Shown: positions 8,958-18,770 of the stretch, piece by piece | Numbering within the stretch: position 1 is the first letter of the stretch | Layout: the number at the start of each line of letters is the position of its first letter | Virus record (IMG/VR): IMGVR_UViG_3300049924_000085 | Span: 1 to 43,363 of that record | DNA from: a virus | Taxonomy: Duplodnaviria > Caudoviricetes | Length of the DNA stretch: 43,363 nucleotides | Strand: one strand, 5' to 3' | Notes under the pieces: model-generated | What the model saw: only the letters and a program-made list of their open reading frames with translations | What the model was told of the DNA's origin: nothing | Database searches by the model: none | Made by a program: the position numbers and the translations under genes

Positions 8958-11900
8958 ATGAACCCGCTTTTCCTGGAGACGCTGGCGCGGCTGGAGACGG
9001 CCGGTGGCGCGAAGACCATCAAGGGCCCGAACGGCGAGGACAGCCACAACCTGTTCAACATCAAGGACTTCAGCGGGAGCGGGTATCAGGCGTTCGACAA
9101 GGCCGAGGGCAGCAACGACCGCTACCGTAACTACCAGAGCCCCGAGGCGTCCAAGGCGGACGCGATGGACATGATCCGCCGGCTGTACCCGAAAGCCTAC
9201 GAGGCGACCACGCCCGAGGAGTTCGCTGACGGCTTGCTGAACGGGGTGGGCGGGCGCAAGTACGCCACGGACCCCGCGTACCGTGAGAAGATCGTCAGCG
9301 TCGCGAACAGCGTCGCCAAGGCGACTGGCCCAGGCGTGGACCGGCCGGCTGTGAAGCCGGCTGTGCTGCCGATACCTGTGACCCGCACGACGCTGGCGGA
9401 CCGGGCACCGGTGACGCCTGTAGCCGAGAAGTCCTTCATCGAGAAGGTCATGGCCGCGGACTCGATCCTGAAGGAAGACCCGCGGGCTCAGTCCTACGAA
9501 CTGGTGAATCGGATCGTCGGCCTGGACGAGGACAAGGACGACCCGAACTGGACGCCGGACCCGACAACCGAGAAGGGGCTCAGCCTCGCCGAAGTCGAGT
9601 ACCTGCATGAGTCCATCCCCGGCGGTTCCTCGGCGTACAACCGCCGGCTGGCCGAGATTCAGGAGAACCGCGGCCGTGACTCCAACCTCGCCGAATTGGG
9701 CGTTGTGCCGGCCCTGGTGGGCGGCCTGACCAGCCAGCGTAACAACATCCCGGGCCTGATCACGATGCTCGGCACCCTGGGTGTGGGCTCCCTGGCCGGC
9801 GCTGCGCTGCGCACCAAGGCGGCCGGGGAGGCTGCGGGTGTTGCGAACCAACTCAGCTACGCCTCCCGCGCGGCAGTGGCCCTGTCCCCGGCCCAGAGGC
9901 TGGCCCAGGCTGGCCGCCCTGGCGCCGCTATAGCCGCAGCCGTGGGCGAGGGCATCGTGGTGGACAGCGCCTTGATGATCGCTGACGACACCCTCGGCCG
10001 CCAGAACTTCTCGGCGGGCGAGTACACCATCAACCTCGCCAGTGGCGTGCTCCTGAGTTCGATCCCCGAACTGGCGACCCTGCCGGCTAGCCTGCGGGAT
10101 GCCCGTCTTCTCCGCATGGCTGACAGCACCCCGGGGACCCGTCAAGAAGTGACCGCGGATGCCCTCCTGAACGAGCGCCGAGCGGCCCAGGACCTCGCTG
10201 ACGATACTGCTACGTCAAGTGCTCCTGTAACAACGGACGCGGACGCCACCCGCTCAAACGTGGGGGACCTGCCTGAACTGCCGGGAAACCGCCTTGGCGG
10301 GGACCGAAATCTGGGTGCCATGCTCCGGGAATGGAATGACGCTGACGAGTCTGTAGGACGGAAAGACACCGGGCCCGCCGTCGCTGAGTCGTTCCCCATC
10401 CTGGACACCGCCGCCCTGGACGAGGCGCTACCGAGCAGCCGCCTGTTCCCCGAGTGGGGCAAGGACGTGGACCCGGTGTGGGCGAAGGACATGGACGAGT
10501 CCCGTATCCGGGCCGCCCGCGAGGACAAGCCGTGGAAGGACCTGATCAAGAAGACCGGGTACGATGGCGACTACGACCTCGCACAAGCCCTGCCGCCCGG
10601 ACTGTATGTCCAGCCGGCCGTGCTCAAGTCCGAGAAGATGGCGCCTGCCGTGTCCGCCCTGACGACCATCGCCAAGGAGATGCTGCCGGGTAGCCGGATC
10701 ACCCTCGGCCTGCTCAGCAAGGAAACCAAGGCCAGCGTGGACGGCGCGACGCCGGGCGGCATGATCATGTCCGCGGGCAAGACGCACTTCATCGGCATCA
10801 ACCCCGACAAGGACAAGTTCTCGGCCGTGTACACCGGCATCCACGAAATCGGCCACGCCGTTGTTCACGAGAACCTGAAGTCCGTCCACCCCGCTTTGCT
10901 CAGCCGCATGGTGGCCGAGCACCGCGAGTTCCTGATCCAGTACAAAGCCGGCTCCGCGCTGGCCCGCTTCCGCCGCTTCAGCGCCGGGAACGAGTCACTG
11001 GCTAACGCTGACACTGGCGTCCTGCATGGCCGCCTGGACGACAGCAAACAAGTCGCCGGCTACGTCGCCAGCTTCGATGAGTACGGCGCGGAAGCGTTCG
11101 TCCGCTTCATCGAGCGTAAGGCCAAGGCAGCGAACCCGGACATGAAGTTCGACAAGGGCGTCATCGACGCCATCAAGTCCGTCTGGGCGAACCTGAAGAA
11201 GCTGTTCGACCGGGCGATGGAGCGGGGCTACCTGCCCAAGGACGAGGCGTTCGATGAGTTCTTCCAGAGCATCCTGGACGGCACCAACGCCGCGCAGGCT
11301 CGCTCCCCGGTGGGCGTGGCGAACGACCCGGCCAGCTACAGCGTGACCAGCGCGCAAGCCCGGAACTACTCCGACAAGGTGAACGAGGCGGCGAGGCAAG
11401 CACTGGCCGCGAACCCAATCGACCAGCGCAAGCTGGACGTGCTGGCCGGCTTGGCCCCCGAGCGCCTCGGCGCGATGACGGCAGGCTTGGTCCTGGCCCG
11501 CAGCAAGACTCCGGTCCTGCAACGGGTGGCCCAACTGATCACCGAGACGACGACCGGCGCCGCCGGGCGGCAGGCCACGGTGGCGGTGCGCCGCGACAGC
11601 GTGGCGACGATGCTCTACGGCGACAGCGCCCAAGCGTACACCACGCTGGCGGACCGGTGGGCCAAGTCCGAGGGGCACGGCATCCGTGACCGTTGGTTCA
11701 GCGGCGACAGCCGGCGTGAGTTCGACCGACAGGTCTACCTGTACAAGCGCCAGATGAACGCTGCCGAGAAGGGCGAGACGGTTCAGGGCCATCCCCTGGT
11801 CAAGCAAGCCGCCGGGCATCTCCACGCCCTGTACCAGCGTAGTGCGGACATGAAGCGCAAGGCCGGGACCATCGGCAGCGACCTCCTACCGCGCTCCAGC

Positions 11901-13760
11901 CGGGACTACGTGCCGCAGGAACTGGACGGCCAGAAGCTGGCAGCAGCCTCGGCCGAGGAACTGGTGACGATCCGCAAGACCCTCGTGGATCACTGGGTCC
12001 AAGAGAACGAGTGGGACGAGTCCTTCGCAAGGGGCCTCGCGAATCTGTACATCGACCGTGCCCGCAGCCGCCCCTTTGGCGACAGCGCCTACGGCGGCAA
12101 GATGGTAGACAGCCAGGGCATCGGCGACGTGCGCAAGGCCGCGGCGGAAGCCGTGGAGGCTGGCTACGTCACGTCCGGCGACGTGGAAGCGGCGATGCTC
12201 CGGCTGAAGAAGAACGACAAGCGCGGCGGCAAAGAGACGCGCGAGCGCCTTGACATCCCGATGGAAGCTCAGGTCGGCCCGGGCAAGCAGATGCTGGACT
12301 TCTTCGTCACGGACCAGATGTCCCTGGCGCACCGCCACGTGCAGAGCGCCGCTGGCGAAATCGGCCTGACCGAGATGGGCATCCCCGGCAAGGCCGGCCT
12401 GGACCGACTGCGGCTCGCTGCCGTCAACTCCACCCCGGCGCCGACGCTGGCCGAACTGCGGGCCTTCGACCAAGTGGCCGCGGAACTGTTCGGCGCCGCG
12501 CCGAAGGGCGCCATCTACAGCGAACTGGCGCAGACCACTCGGCTCATGACTTCGGTCCTGAAGCTCGGCGGCGCTGCGTTCAACCAGCTTGCCGAGACGA
12601 ACAACCTGATCCACAGCCTGGGCCTGTCGGCCGCGCTGAAGCAGATCGTGACGCTGCCGGGCTACATGCTCGACGTGCGCCGCCGGGCCAATGGCGAGCA
12701 AGTGCCTCCGGGCCTGCTCGACAGCATCGAGTCCTGGGGCGGCGAAATCGGCATGTCCGACTACCGCATCAACTTTCCCCTCCGCGCCACCGACGAGGCG
12801 CTCCGCGAGTACAGCGAGGCGCCGGGCATGCTCAGCGCAATCGTCAAGGCGGGCGCGATGGCGCAGCACAAGATCAGCTTCTTCCGAGGCATCCACGCGG
12901 CACAGCACCGCGCGACGGCCGAGCAGATTCTGCTGAAAGCCGCACGGATCATCAAGGACTGGGATGGCGGGGCGCTGCCCAAGCCGTTGCAGGACATGGG
13001 CTTCGATGAGGCACTCGTCCGCAAGTTCAAGGACAACTTCGCCAACGTGGCGAACTACGACGAGTCCGGCCGCTTGGTCGAGTTCGACGTGGAGGGCGTC
13101 CGCGACGGTGCGGCCACCGAGGCGTTCGTGCAGGCGGTTCACCGCGGCACCCGCCAGATCATCCAAGGCACCTTCATCGGTGAGCGCAACGCCTGGGTCC
13201 ACAACGACTGGATCGGCCTCATGACGCAGTTCCGCACCTTCTCGATCACCGCGATGGAGAAGCAGTGGGCCCGCAATCGGTTCATGCAGGACAACAAGTA
13301 CGTGGGCTACGCCTACCTCGGCGGCATCGTCGCCATGCAATCCGCGTTCGCCTTCCCGATCTACCTCGCCCGGATGCAGTCGCAAGCGATGCTCATCCAG
13401 AACGATGAGGAGCGCAAGAAGTTCCTGGACGCTCGACTCAACCTGCCCGCGGCGACCCGTGGGCTCATGAATTACGCCGGGGCCAGTGGCCTGACCGGCG
13501 ACCTCCTGGAGTACGCGATGATGTTCGGTGGCAAGTCCGCCGGCATCGAGGGCGCTCGGGGAGCGGGACAAGCCGATGTGATCGGCTCAGTTGTTCCCGC
13601 TGCCGGCGCCGTCAACCAAGGCGCCCGTGCGGTGGGCGGTGCCGTGGAAGCGGCCTTGGACGACAAGGAGGATAACGTCAAGGTGGACAGGGTTCTCAAG
13701 GCCCTGCCCTTCTCGTCACTCTGGTGGGTGACGCCATTCATCAACGCCGCGAAGGAGTAA
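8958..13760 (+). CDS. internal virion protein, gp16-like, with N-terminal GH73 (FlgJ-type) peptidoglycan hydrolase and internal HExxH domain
   Basis: 1600 aa. N-terminal 'LET..G', 'HNLFNIK', 'YATDPAY' (GH73); 'HEIGH' at 10842-10856; C-terminal 'QFRTFSITAMEKQW' typical of gp16-like proteins. Confidence 0.88.
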   Translation: MNPLFLETLARLETAGGAKTIKGPNGEDSHNLFNIKDFSGSGYQAFDKAEGSNDRYRNYQSPEASKADAMDMIRRLYPKAYEATTPEEFADGLLNGVGGRKYATDPAYREKIVSVANSVAKATGPGVDRPAVKPAVLPIPVTRTTLADRAPVTPVAEKSFIEKVMAADSILKEDPRAQSYELVNRIVGLDEDKDDPNWTPDPTTEKGLSLAEVEYLHESIPGGSSAYNRRLAEIQENRGRDSNLAELGVVPALVGGLTSQRNNIPGLITMLGTLGVGSLAGAALRTKAAGEAAGVANQLSYASRAAVALSPAQRLAQAGRPGAAIAAAVGEGIVVDSALMIADDTLGRQNFSAGEYTINLASGVLLSSIPELATLPASLRDARLLRMADSTPGTRQEVTADALLNERRAAQDLADDTATSSAPVTTDADATRSNVGDLPELPGNRLGGDRNLGAMLREWNDADESVGRKDTGPAVAESFPILDTAALDEALPSSRLFPEWGKDVDPVWAKDMDESRIRAAREDKPWKDLIKKTGYDGDYDLAQALPPGLYVQPAVLKSEKMAPAVSALTTIAKEMLPGSRITLGLLSKETKASVDGATPGGMIMSAGKTHFIGINPDKDKFSAVYTGIHEIGHAVVHENLKSVHPALLSRMVAEHREFLIQYKAGSALARFRRFSAGNESLANADTGVLHGRLDDSKQVAGYVASFDEYGAEAFVRFIERKAKAANPDMKFDKGVIDAIKSVWANLKKLFDRAMERGYLPKDEAFDEFFQSILDGTNAAQARSPVGVANDPASYSVTSAQARNYSDKVNEAARQALAANPIDQRKLDVLAGLAPERLGAMTAGLVLARSKTPVLQRVAQLITETTTGAAGRQATVAVRRDSVATMLYGDSAQAYTTLADRWAKSEGHGIRDRWFSGDSRREFDRQVYLYKRQMNAAEKGETVQGHPLVKQAAGHLHALYQRSADMKRKAGTIGSDLLPRSSRDYVPQELDGQKLAAASAEELVTIRKTLVDHWVQENEWDESFARGLANLYIDRARSRPFGDSAYGGKMVDSQGIGDVRKAAAEAVEAGYVTSGDVEAAMLRLKKNDKRGGKETRERLDIPMEAQVGPGKQMLDFFVTDQMSLAHRHVQSAAGEIGLTEMGIPGKAGLDRLRLAAVNSTPAPTLAELRAFDQVAAELFGAAPKGAIYSELAQTTRLMTSVLKLGGAAFNQLAETNNLIHSLGLSAALKQIVTLPGYMLDVRRRANGEQVPPGLLDSIESWGGEIGMSDYRINFPLRATDEALREYSEAPGMLSAIVKAGAMAQHKISFFRGIHAAQHRATAEQILLKAARIIKDWDGGALPKPLQDMGFDEALVRKFKDNFANVANYDESGRLVEFDVEGVRDGAATEAFVQAVHRGTRQIIQGTFIGERNAWVHNDWIGLMTQFRTFSITAMEKQWARNRFMQDNKYVGYAYLGGIVAMQSAFAFPIYLARMQSQAMLIQNDEERKKFLDARLNLPAATRGLMNYAGASGLTGDLLEYAMMFGGKSAGIEGARGAGQADVIGSVVPAAGAVNQGARAVGGAVEAALDDKEDNVKVDRVLKALPFSSLWWVTPFINAAKE
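10338..10359 (+). promoter_or_regulatory. putative phage RNAP promoter (intragenic copy)
   Basis: GACGCTGACGAGTCTGTAGGAC; 17-nt core identical to the copies at 22812 and 40228. Confidence 0.65.
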
Positions 13761-13776
13761 TCCTGCGGCGCAGGCC

Positions 13777-14082
13777 ATGAAGCACGACATAGACATGACC
13801 GGCGAATTCTTCAAGATCACGCCAGCCGCTGGCCTGGGCGGCGCGTTCATCTTCGGCATCCCCATCGCCACCTGGGTGCTGTGGGTGACTGGACTCTACT
13901 ATTCGTTCCTGCTGCTGACACTTCTGCGGGATCACTGGCTGACGCCCTGGTACAGGGCATGGAAGGAGAAGCGCAATGGCAAAGACGGCGGCGGACGAGG
14001 GCTCTCTTGGGACGCTGCACCGCTTGATGACGGAGCAGTTCCTGAATCTCTTGGCCGGAAAGCTGACTCGCCCTATCTATAA
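13777..14082 (+). CDS. holin (gp17.5-like)
   Basis: Small membrane protein with hydrophobic segments and a basic stretch 'YRAWKEKR', immediately upstream of (and overlapping) the small terminase. Confidence 0.7.
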   Translation: MKHDIDMTGEFFKITPAAGLGGAFIFGIPIATWVLWVTGLYYSFLLLTLLRDHWLTPWYRAWKEKRNGKDGGGRGLSWDAAPLDDGAVPESLGRKADSPYL

Positions 14083-14293
14083 CAAGGACGGCGAGCACAC
14101 TGGCGACGAGGTTCTGGTTGCCACGGCGGCCGAACTGTCCGTGATCCGGGCGTTCCTGAAGGACAACGACATCACCGCGGCGATGGACGAGGGCAGCGCG
14201 CTGGACGAGCTTCGCAAGAAGCTGGCAGCGGGTGTCGGCGGCCGGAAGCCGATGGGGGCCGAGGACTTCGACCTCCCAGGCACGGTGCAGTAA
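13976..14293 (+). CDS. terminase small subunit (gp18-like)
   Basis: 'LGTLH...AAELSVIRAFLKDNDITA'; AAGGAG RBS; precedes the large terminase. Confidence 0.88.
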   Translation: MAKTAADEGSLGTLHRLMTEQFLNLLAGKLTRPIYNKDGEHTGDEVLVATAAELSVIRAFLKDNDITAAMDEGSALDELRKKLAAGVGGRKPMGAEDFDLPGTVQ

Positions 14294-16087
14294 ATGGCCC
14301 GGGAGAGTACCGCAGCAGCGGCCCAGAGATGGGCCAAGCTGCGCCTCGTTCAGCAGCACTACGCTGAGTTCAACACGTTCCTCACGGACGTGATGGCGCT
14401 TCTGGGGTTCAATACCTCGGACCTCCAACGGGACATCGGCGAGTACATGGTGAGCGGCGGCCCGAACATCATGGTGCAGGCCCAACGGGGCCAAGCCAAA
14501 ACGACCATCGCGGCGGCATTCGCCGTGTGGTCGCTCATTCACCATCCGAACTTCCGTGTCGTGATCGTGTCAGCCGGGGAGTCCCTGGCGAACGAAATCT
14601 CGACCCTGATCATCCGGGTGATCGACACGATGGAGACGCTGGAGTGCATGCGGGCTGACCCGCAGAACGGCGACCGTACCTCCGTCGAGCACTACGACGT
14701 TCACTACTCCCTGAAGGGCGTGGACAAGTCGCCCTCCGTGGCCTGCGTTGGCATCACGTCCAACCTGCCCGGCAAGCGCGCCGACATTCTGATCCCGGAC
14801 GACATTGAGTCCCCGAAGAACTCCCTGACCGCTGAGCAGCGCGCCCGACTGGCGCACCTGACGCTGGAGTTCAGCAGCATCGCCACCGGCCAGCCTGACA
14901 AGGGCATCCCCGGCCGCATTATCTGGCTCGGCACGCCGCAGTCAGTGGACTCGATCTACAACGCGCTCCCCGGCCGCGGTGTCCTGGTCCGTATCTGGAC
15001 CGGCCGCTACCCGACGCTGGAGCAAGCCGAGAACTACGGCGACATGCTCGCCCCGTGGATCAAGGACCGCCTGCTGGCGAACCCGGGCCTCGCCACTGGT
15101 GGCGGCATGCTCGGCGACCAAGGCCAGCCAACGGACCCGCTCCTCAAGAACGAGGAGACGCTACAGGCGAAGGAACTGGACAGCAAGTCCAACTTCCAAC
15201 TCCAGTACATGCTCAACACGAGGCTCAGCGACGCGCTGCGCTTCCCGCTCAAGACTCACGCCCTGGTGCTGATGCGCCTGGACGCCAGCCGCACGGTCCC
15301 CGTGTCCGTGACGCCCGGCTTCACGAAGGCGAACCTGACCACCATCGTGTCCGCCGGCCTCTCGTGGCAGGTCAACACGCCGCAGTCCGTCAGCAACGAG
15401 ACGGTCACGGCGCCGGACTTGGTGATGTACATCGACCCTGCCGGCGGCGGCCTCAACGGCGACGAGAACGGCTACAGCGTGACCAGTCAGGTCAACGGCA
15501 ACGTGTTCCTGTTCGACTGGGGCGGCATGCCCGGCGGCTACAGCGCCAGCGGCATGAAGGCCCTGGCCCAGGTCGCGGCGCGCTGGCGAGTCGGCAAGGT
15601 CATCATCGAGAAGAACTTCGGCTACGGCGCGTTCAAGGAAGTCTTCACCCCGGTCCTGCATGCCCTCTGGCGGTGCGCCGTTGAGGACGACATGGTGACA
15701 GGACAGAAGGAAATCCGACTGATCAACACCCTGGAGCCGGTCCTCGGTCGCTCCTCGTTGATCATCAACTCCGCGATGATCGAGCAGGACGACGCGCAAG
15801 CGCGAGTCCACGGCATCCAGAAGGCCGTCACCTACAGCTTGTTCCACCAACTCGCACGGCTCACCCGCGACCGCGGCTCGCTGGCGCACGATGACCGCCT
15901 GGATGCGGTGGAGGGCGGCGTCAGGCACTGGCAGGCGCTGCTGGCACAGGACCAGTCCAAGGTCCTTGAGAAGATGCAGCGGGATGCCTTCATTAAGCAG
16001 ACCCGCGACCCGCTTGGACACAACGACGAGAAGCCACTGGGCGCGTTCAAGAAACGCCTGGGGATTCTCGCCAGGAGATTGCGATGA
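14294..16087 (+). CDS. terminase large subunit (gp19-like)
   Basis: Walker A 'QAQRGQAKTT', Walker B 'ILIPDDIE', 'LGTPQ', nuclease 'YIDPAGGG', 'HDDRLDA'. Confidence 0.96.
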   Translation: MARESTAAAAQRWAKLRLVQQHYAEFNTFLTDVMALLGFNTSDLQRDIGEYMVSGGPNIMVQAQRGQAKTTIAAAFAVWSLIHHPNFRVVIVSAGESLANEISTLIIRVIDTMETLECMRADPQNGDRTSVEHYDVHYSLKGVDKSPSVACVGITSNLPGKRADILIPDDIESPKNSLTAEQRARLAHLTLEFSSIATGQPDKGIPGRIIWLGTPQSVDSIYNALPGRGVLVRIWTGRYPTLEQAENYGDMLAPWIKDRLLANPGLATGGGMLGDQGQPTDPLLKNEETLQAKELDSKSNFQLQYMLNTRLSDALRFPLKTHALVLMRLDASRTVPVSVTPGFTKANLTTIVSAGLSWQVNTPQSVSNETVTAPDLVMYIDPAGGGLNGDENGYSVTSQVNGNVFLFDWGGMPGGYSASGMKALAQVAARWRVGKVIIEKNFGYGAFKEVFTPVLHALWRCAVEDDMVTGQKEIRLINTLEPVLGRSSLIINSAMIEQDDAQARVHGIQKAVTYSLFHQLARLTRDRGSLAHDDRLDAVEGGVRHWQALLAQDQSKVLEKMQRDAFIKQTRDPLGHNDEKPLGAFKKRLGILARRLR

Positions 16088-16500
16088 TCGAAGTGCGCAA
16101 GGCGAGGACGCAAAACGACCTCGCCGAATGCCACAGGATGCAGATGGACGTGTTCACCGGTGGCGAGCACCGAGACATCGAGAAGGACCACTGGTGGATC
16201 GCCCTGGTTGACGGAGTGAGTGCTGGCTTCGCATGCCTGCGCATCTACTCCGACAAGATCGCGTACCTCGCACTGGCCGGCGTGCTGCCGGAGTTCCGGG
16301 GCCGCGGCTTGCAGAAGCGCCTGATCAAGGCGCGCGAAGCCTTCGCTAAGAAGGAGGAGTGCGCCCAGATGATCACGTACACGGCATGGAAGAACTGGCC
16401 GAGCGCGAACAGTCTGATCCGGGAAGGGTACACGCTGTACACCCCGGCCGGTAAACCCTGGGGCCTTCCCTGGTCCCTGTACTTCAGGAAGAACCTGTGA
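16084..16500 (+). CDS. GNAT-family acetyltransferase
   Basis: Acetyl-CoA motif A 'VLPEFRGRGLQKRL' and 'N.PSANSL...GY'. Confidence 0.85.
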   Translation: MIEVRKARTQNDLAECHRMQMDVFTGGEHRDIEKDHWWIALVDGVSAGFACLRIYSDKIAYLALAGVLPEFRGRGLQKRLIKAREAFAKKEECAQMITYTAWKNWPSANSLIREGYTLYTPAGKPWGLPWSLYFRKNL

Positions 16501-16760
16501 ACCTCCACGACATGCCCTCGCCCGGCACCATCACCCGGTCCCAGACCCTGGTGATGGAAGCGTTCCGGGCTATCAACTACACCCGGGTCATTGTCGAGCG
16601 TCAGCCCGACAGTGACGCAGGCGACCAGCTTCGCAAGTTCTTTACCGAATGCGCGAAGTTGTGCCCGAAGGCCGTCAAGCCGGCCAGCCAGAAGAAGAAG
16701 GCCGGCAGCGATCCCGCCCCGGCGTCCGTAACCAAATCGGCCTCTGGCCGGAAGGACTGA
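16497..16760 (+). CDS. hypothetical protein
   Basis: GTG overlapping the GNAT stop; 87 aa; fills the gap. Confidence 0.65.
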   Translation: MNLHDMPSPGTITRSQTLVMEAFRAINYTRVIVERQPDSDAGDQLRKFFTECAKLCPKAVKPASQKKKAGSDPAPASVTKSASGRKD

Positions 16761-16762
16761 CC

Positions 16763-17548
16763 ATGTACGTTTACAATCTGCCGAGCGCAATGCCGCAGCA
16801 CAATGCCATCGACCAAGACCTGCGCGCCGTTCTGGTCCGCGCCTTGGACCAACTTGCCCTGCGTGGTACGGCCGCCGACAAGGCGTCCTTCTCGCTGGCG
16901 ATGAAGGCTGCCGCCCTGTCTGCCAATGATGCCGTCGAGCCGACGCCCATCGCCCTGGCTGCCAAGGCCGTCATCCTGAACTCCGCCACGGAACTGGACG
17001 TGATCCTGGACGCGCAAACGGTCCTGGACCTGCGCACCATCGACGCGACGCAGTTCACCGTGAACAACGGCGGCACCGTGTCCTCGGTCGCCGTGGTCGC
17101 TCCGGACACGCTGCGCATCACCGGCACCGGCTACGCCGCTGCGGACGTGGTGAGCTACGCCGCTGACGCGGACGCCAAGGACGTGCTGCGCTTCGCCAAC
17201 TGGGTTGCCGCCGCCAGCGACGCCACCCTGGGCCCGGCCGTGTCGGTCGCCACCCTGACCGCCCTCGGCGCGACCGTCCTGGTTGAGTCCACCACGAGCA
17301 TCCTGATCACTCTCGCGTACCCGATGACGACGCAACTCCCGGCCTACGGCGCCTTCGCCGTCAACAACGGTGGCACGGTCAGTGCGGTTGCCTTCCCCGG
17401 CGACAAGCTGATCCGCCTGACCGGTACGGGCTACGCCGCTGGCGACATCGTGACGTACACGGACCCGGCGAACGCGACCAGCCTCCAGCAAGTCCGCCCG
17501 TACAAGACGTACACGGTTGCCTCGGGCGCCGCGCCGGCAGCGACCTGA
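16763..17548 (+). CDS. putative virion protein with two SwmB/Ig-like repeats
   Basis: AAGGA RBS; duplicated 'F.VNNGGTVS.VA....(L/I)R.TGTGYAA.D.V.Y' units. Confidence 0.65.
   Translation: MYVYNLPSAMPQHNAIDQDLRAVLVRALDQLALRGTAADKASFSLAMKAAALSANDAVEPTPIALAAKAVILNSATELDVILDAQTVLDLRTIDATQFTVNNGGTVSSVAVVAPDTLRITGTGYAAADVVSYAADADAKDVLRFANWVAAASDATLGPAVSVATLTALGATVLVESTTSILITLAYPMTTQLPAYGAFAVNNGGTVSAVAFPGDKLIRLTGTGYAAGDIVTYTDPANATSLQQVRPYKTYTVASGAAPAAT
17054..17458 (+). repeat. intragenic duplication, 300-nt period
   Basis: 17054-17158 and 17354-17458 encode near-identical peptides with mostly synonymous differences. Confidence 0.8.
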
Positions 17549-17550
17549 TC

Positions 17551-18072
17551 ATGGCCCTCGCGGAGAAGTTGAAGGCGGCGGGTGCCGCCATCACCGCGGG
17601 GCGAGCAATGGCCGCAGCCCTCACCGTCTCGTTCGGTGGGGCTGCGCTCATCATCAGCCACGAGGGAACAGAATCCCGTGTGTACCTGGACCCGGTGGGC
17701 ATCCCTACCGTGTGCACGGGGCACACCGCCACCGTCAGCCAAAAGGACGTGGGCAAGACCTTCTCCAGCGAAGTATGCGCTAACTTGCTACGGCAGGACT
17801 TGCGCGTGGCTGAGGCCGCGGTCAAGAAGTGCACCACGGTTCCGATCACCCAGGAGCAGTACGATGCCCTCGTCTCGTTTACTTTCAACGTGGGCGGCGG
17901 GGCATACTGTCGCAGTACTCTTGCTCGGCGGCTTAACGCTGGCCGCTGCACTGCCGCTGGCGATCAGTTCCTACGTTGGAACAAGGCCGGCGGGAAAGTC
18001 CTCCCTGGCCTCACCCGGCGCAGAGCCGAAGAACGCACCCTGTTCATGACAGGCTGCAAGGAGAACTCATGA
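17551..18072 (+). CDS. endolysin, GH24 lysozyme, probable SAR type
   Basis: E-x8-D-x5-T triad in 'HEGTESRVYLDPVGIPTVCTGHT'; 'DALVSFTFNVG'; 'GLTRRRAEE'; Ala/Gly-rich weakly hydrophobic N-terminus. Confidence 0.93.
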   Translation: MALAEKLKAAGAAITAGRAMAAALTVSFGGAALIISHEGTESRVYLDPVGIPTVCTGHTATVSQKDVGKTFSSEVCANLLRQDLRVAEAAVKKCTTVPITQEQYDALVSFTFNVGGGAYCRSTLARRLNAGRCTAAGDQFLRWNKAGGKVLPGLTRRRAEERTLFMTGCKENS

Positions 18073-18305
18073 ACGCTTACTACGCCAGTCACCCGGTCGC
18101 GCGCAGCCACATTGCCGCCGTCGAGGATACTGACTACTCAGCCTTCGGCGCCATCGCCGTTGTCTGCCTGACGGCCGGCAATGCCGTGATCCGTGACTTG
18201 AACGCCGTGGACGTGACGTACCCGATGACTGCCGGGCAAGTCCTCTATATCCAGGCACACAGCATTCGCGCTGCGAGCACCGGCACCTACGCCCTCTGGT
18301 TCTAA
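18069..18305 (+). CDS. putative spike-base protein (RcGTA Rcc01079-like)
   Basis: 78 aa, beta-rich: 'AIAVVCLTAGNAVIRD...VTYPMTAGQVLYIQAHSIRAAST'; resemblance by eye. Confidence 0.5.
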   Translation: MNAYYASHPVARSHIAAVEDTDYSAFGAIAVVCLTAGNAVIRDLNAVDVTYPMTAGQVLYIQAHSIRAASTGTYALWF

Positions 18306-18314
18306 GGGGCAGGC

Positions 18315-18770
18315 ATGGCCGGCTTTCGCATCGACATAAATGACGCCCGTAACGCGCCGGTCAAGCCCCTGGAGCCGCCCGGTGGGGGCGCCGTGCCCGT
18401 GACCGGGACGGCGCAAGTCAACGACGAGACGAATACCGCCCGCACAATCGGGGATGTAGTCACTGCTGGCCCGCATGAGGGCATCGAGGCCACCTATGAC
18501 GCGGCGGCCCGTGCGGTTCGCCTGCGCCTGACAGGTTCCGCTCAGCCCGGTGCTATGTCCGTTGGCTCTGATGGGGACGCTACGGACGATTGGCTACCTA
18601 TCCCTGGGCCGCCCGGGCCTCCTGGGCCAGCCGGTACCGGTAGCGGAATCCCCGAGCATTTGTTCTACTTAAATTGCGGGGCCGTGCAAATTGTGCCCGC
18701 AGATACCTACGATGGCGGTGCGCATGACCAGACGTACTCCCTATCAGGTGTTGACGGGGGGGAGATATGA
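18315..18770 (+). CDS. fibre-like protein with a short collagen (GXY) stretch
   Basis: 'GPPGPPGPAG'; 'GIEATYD' segment; ends 'DGG'. Confidence 0.6.
   Translation: MAGFRIDINDARNAPVKPLEPPGGGAVPVTGTAQVNDETNTARTIGDVVTAGPHEGIEATYDAAARAVRLRLTGSAQPGAMSVGSDGDATDDWLPIPGPPGPPGPAGTGSGIPEHLFYLNCGAVQIVPADTYDGGAHDQTYSLSGVDGGEI

Noticed and set aside
10342-10390. Hammerhead-like CTGACGA-GTC..GAC-GGAAA
   Set aside because: Extra G before GAAA, no stem III with a UH cleavage site, and the other two motif copies lack GAAA. A promoter explains the motif better.
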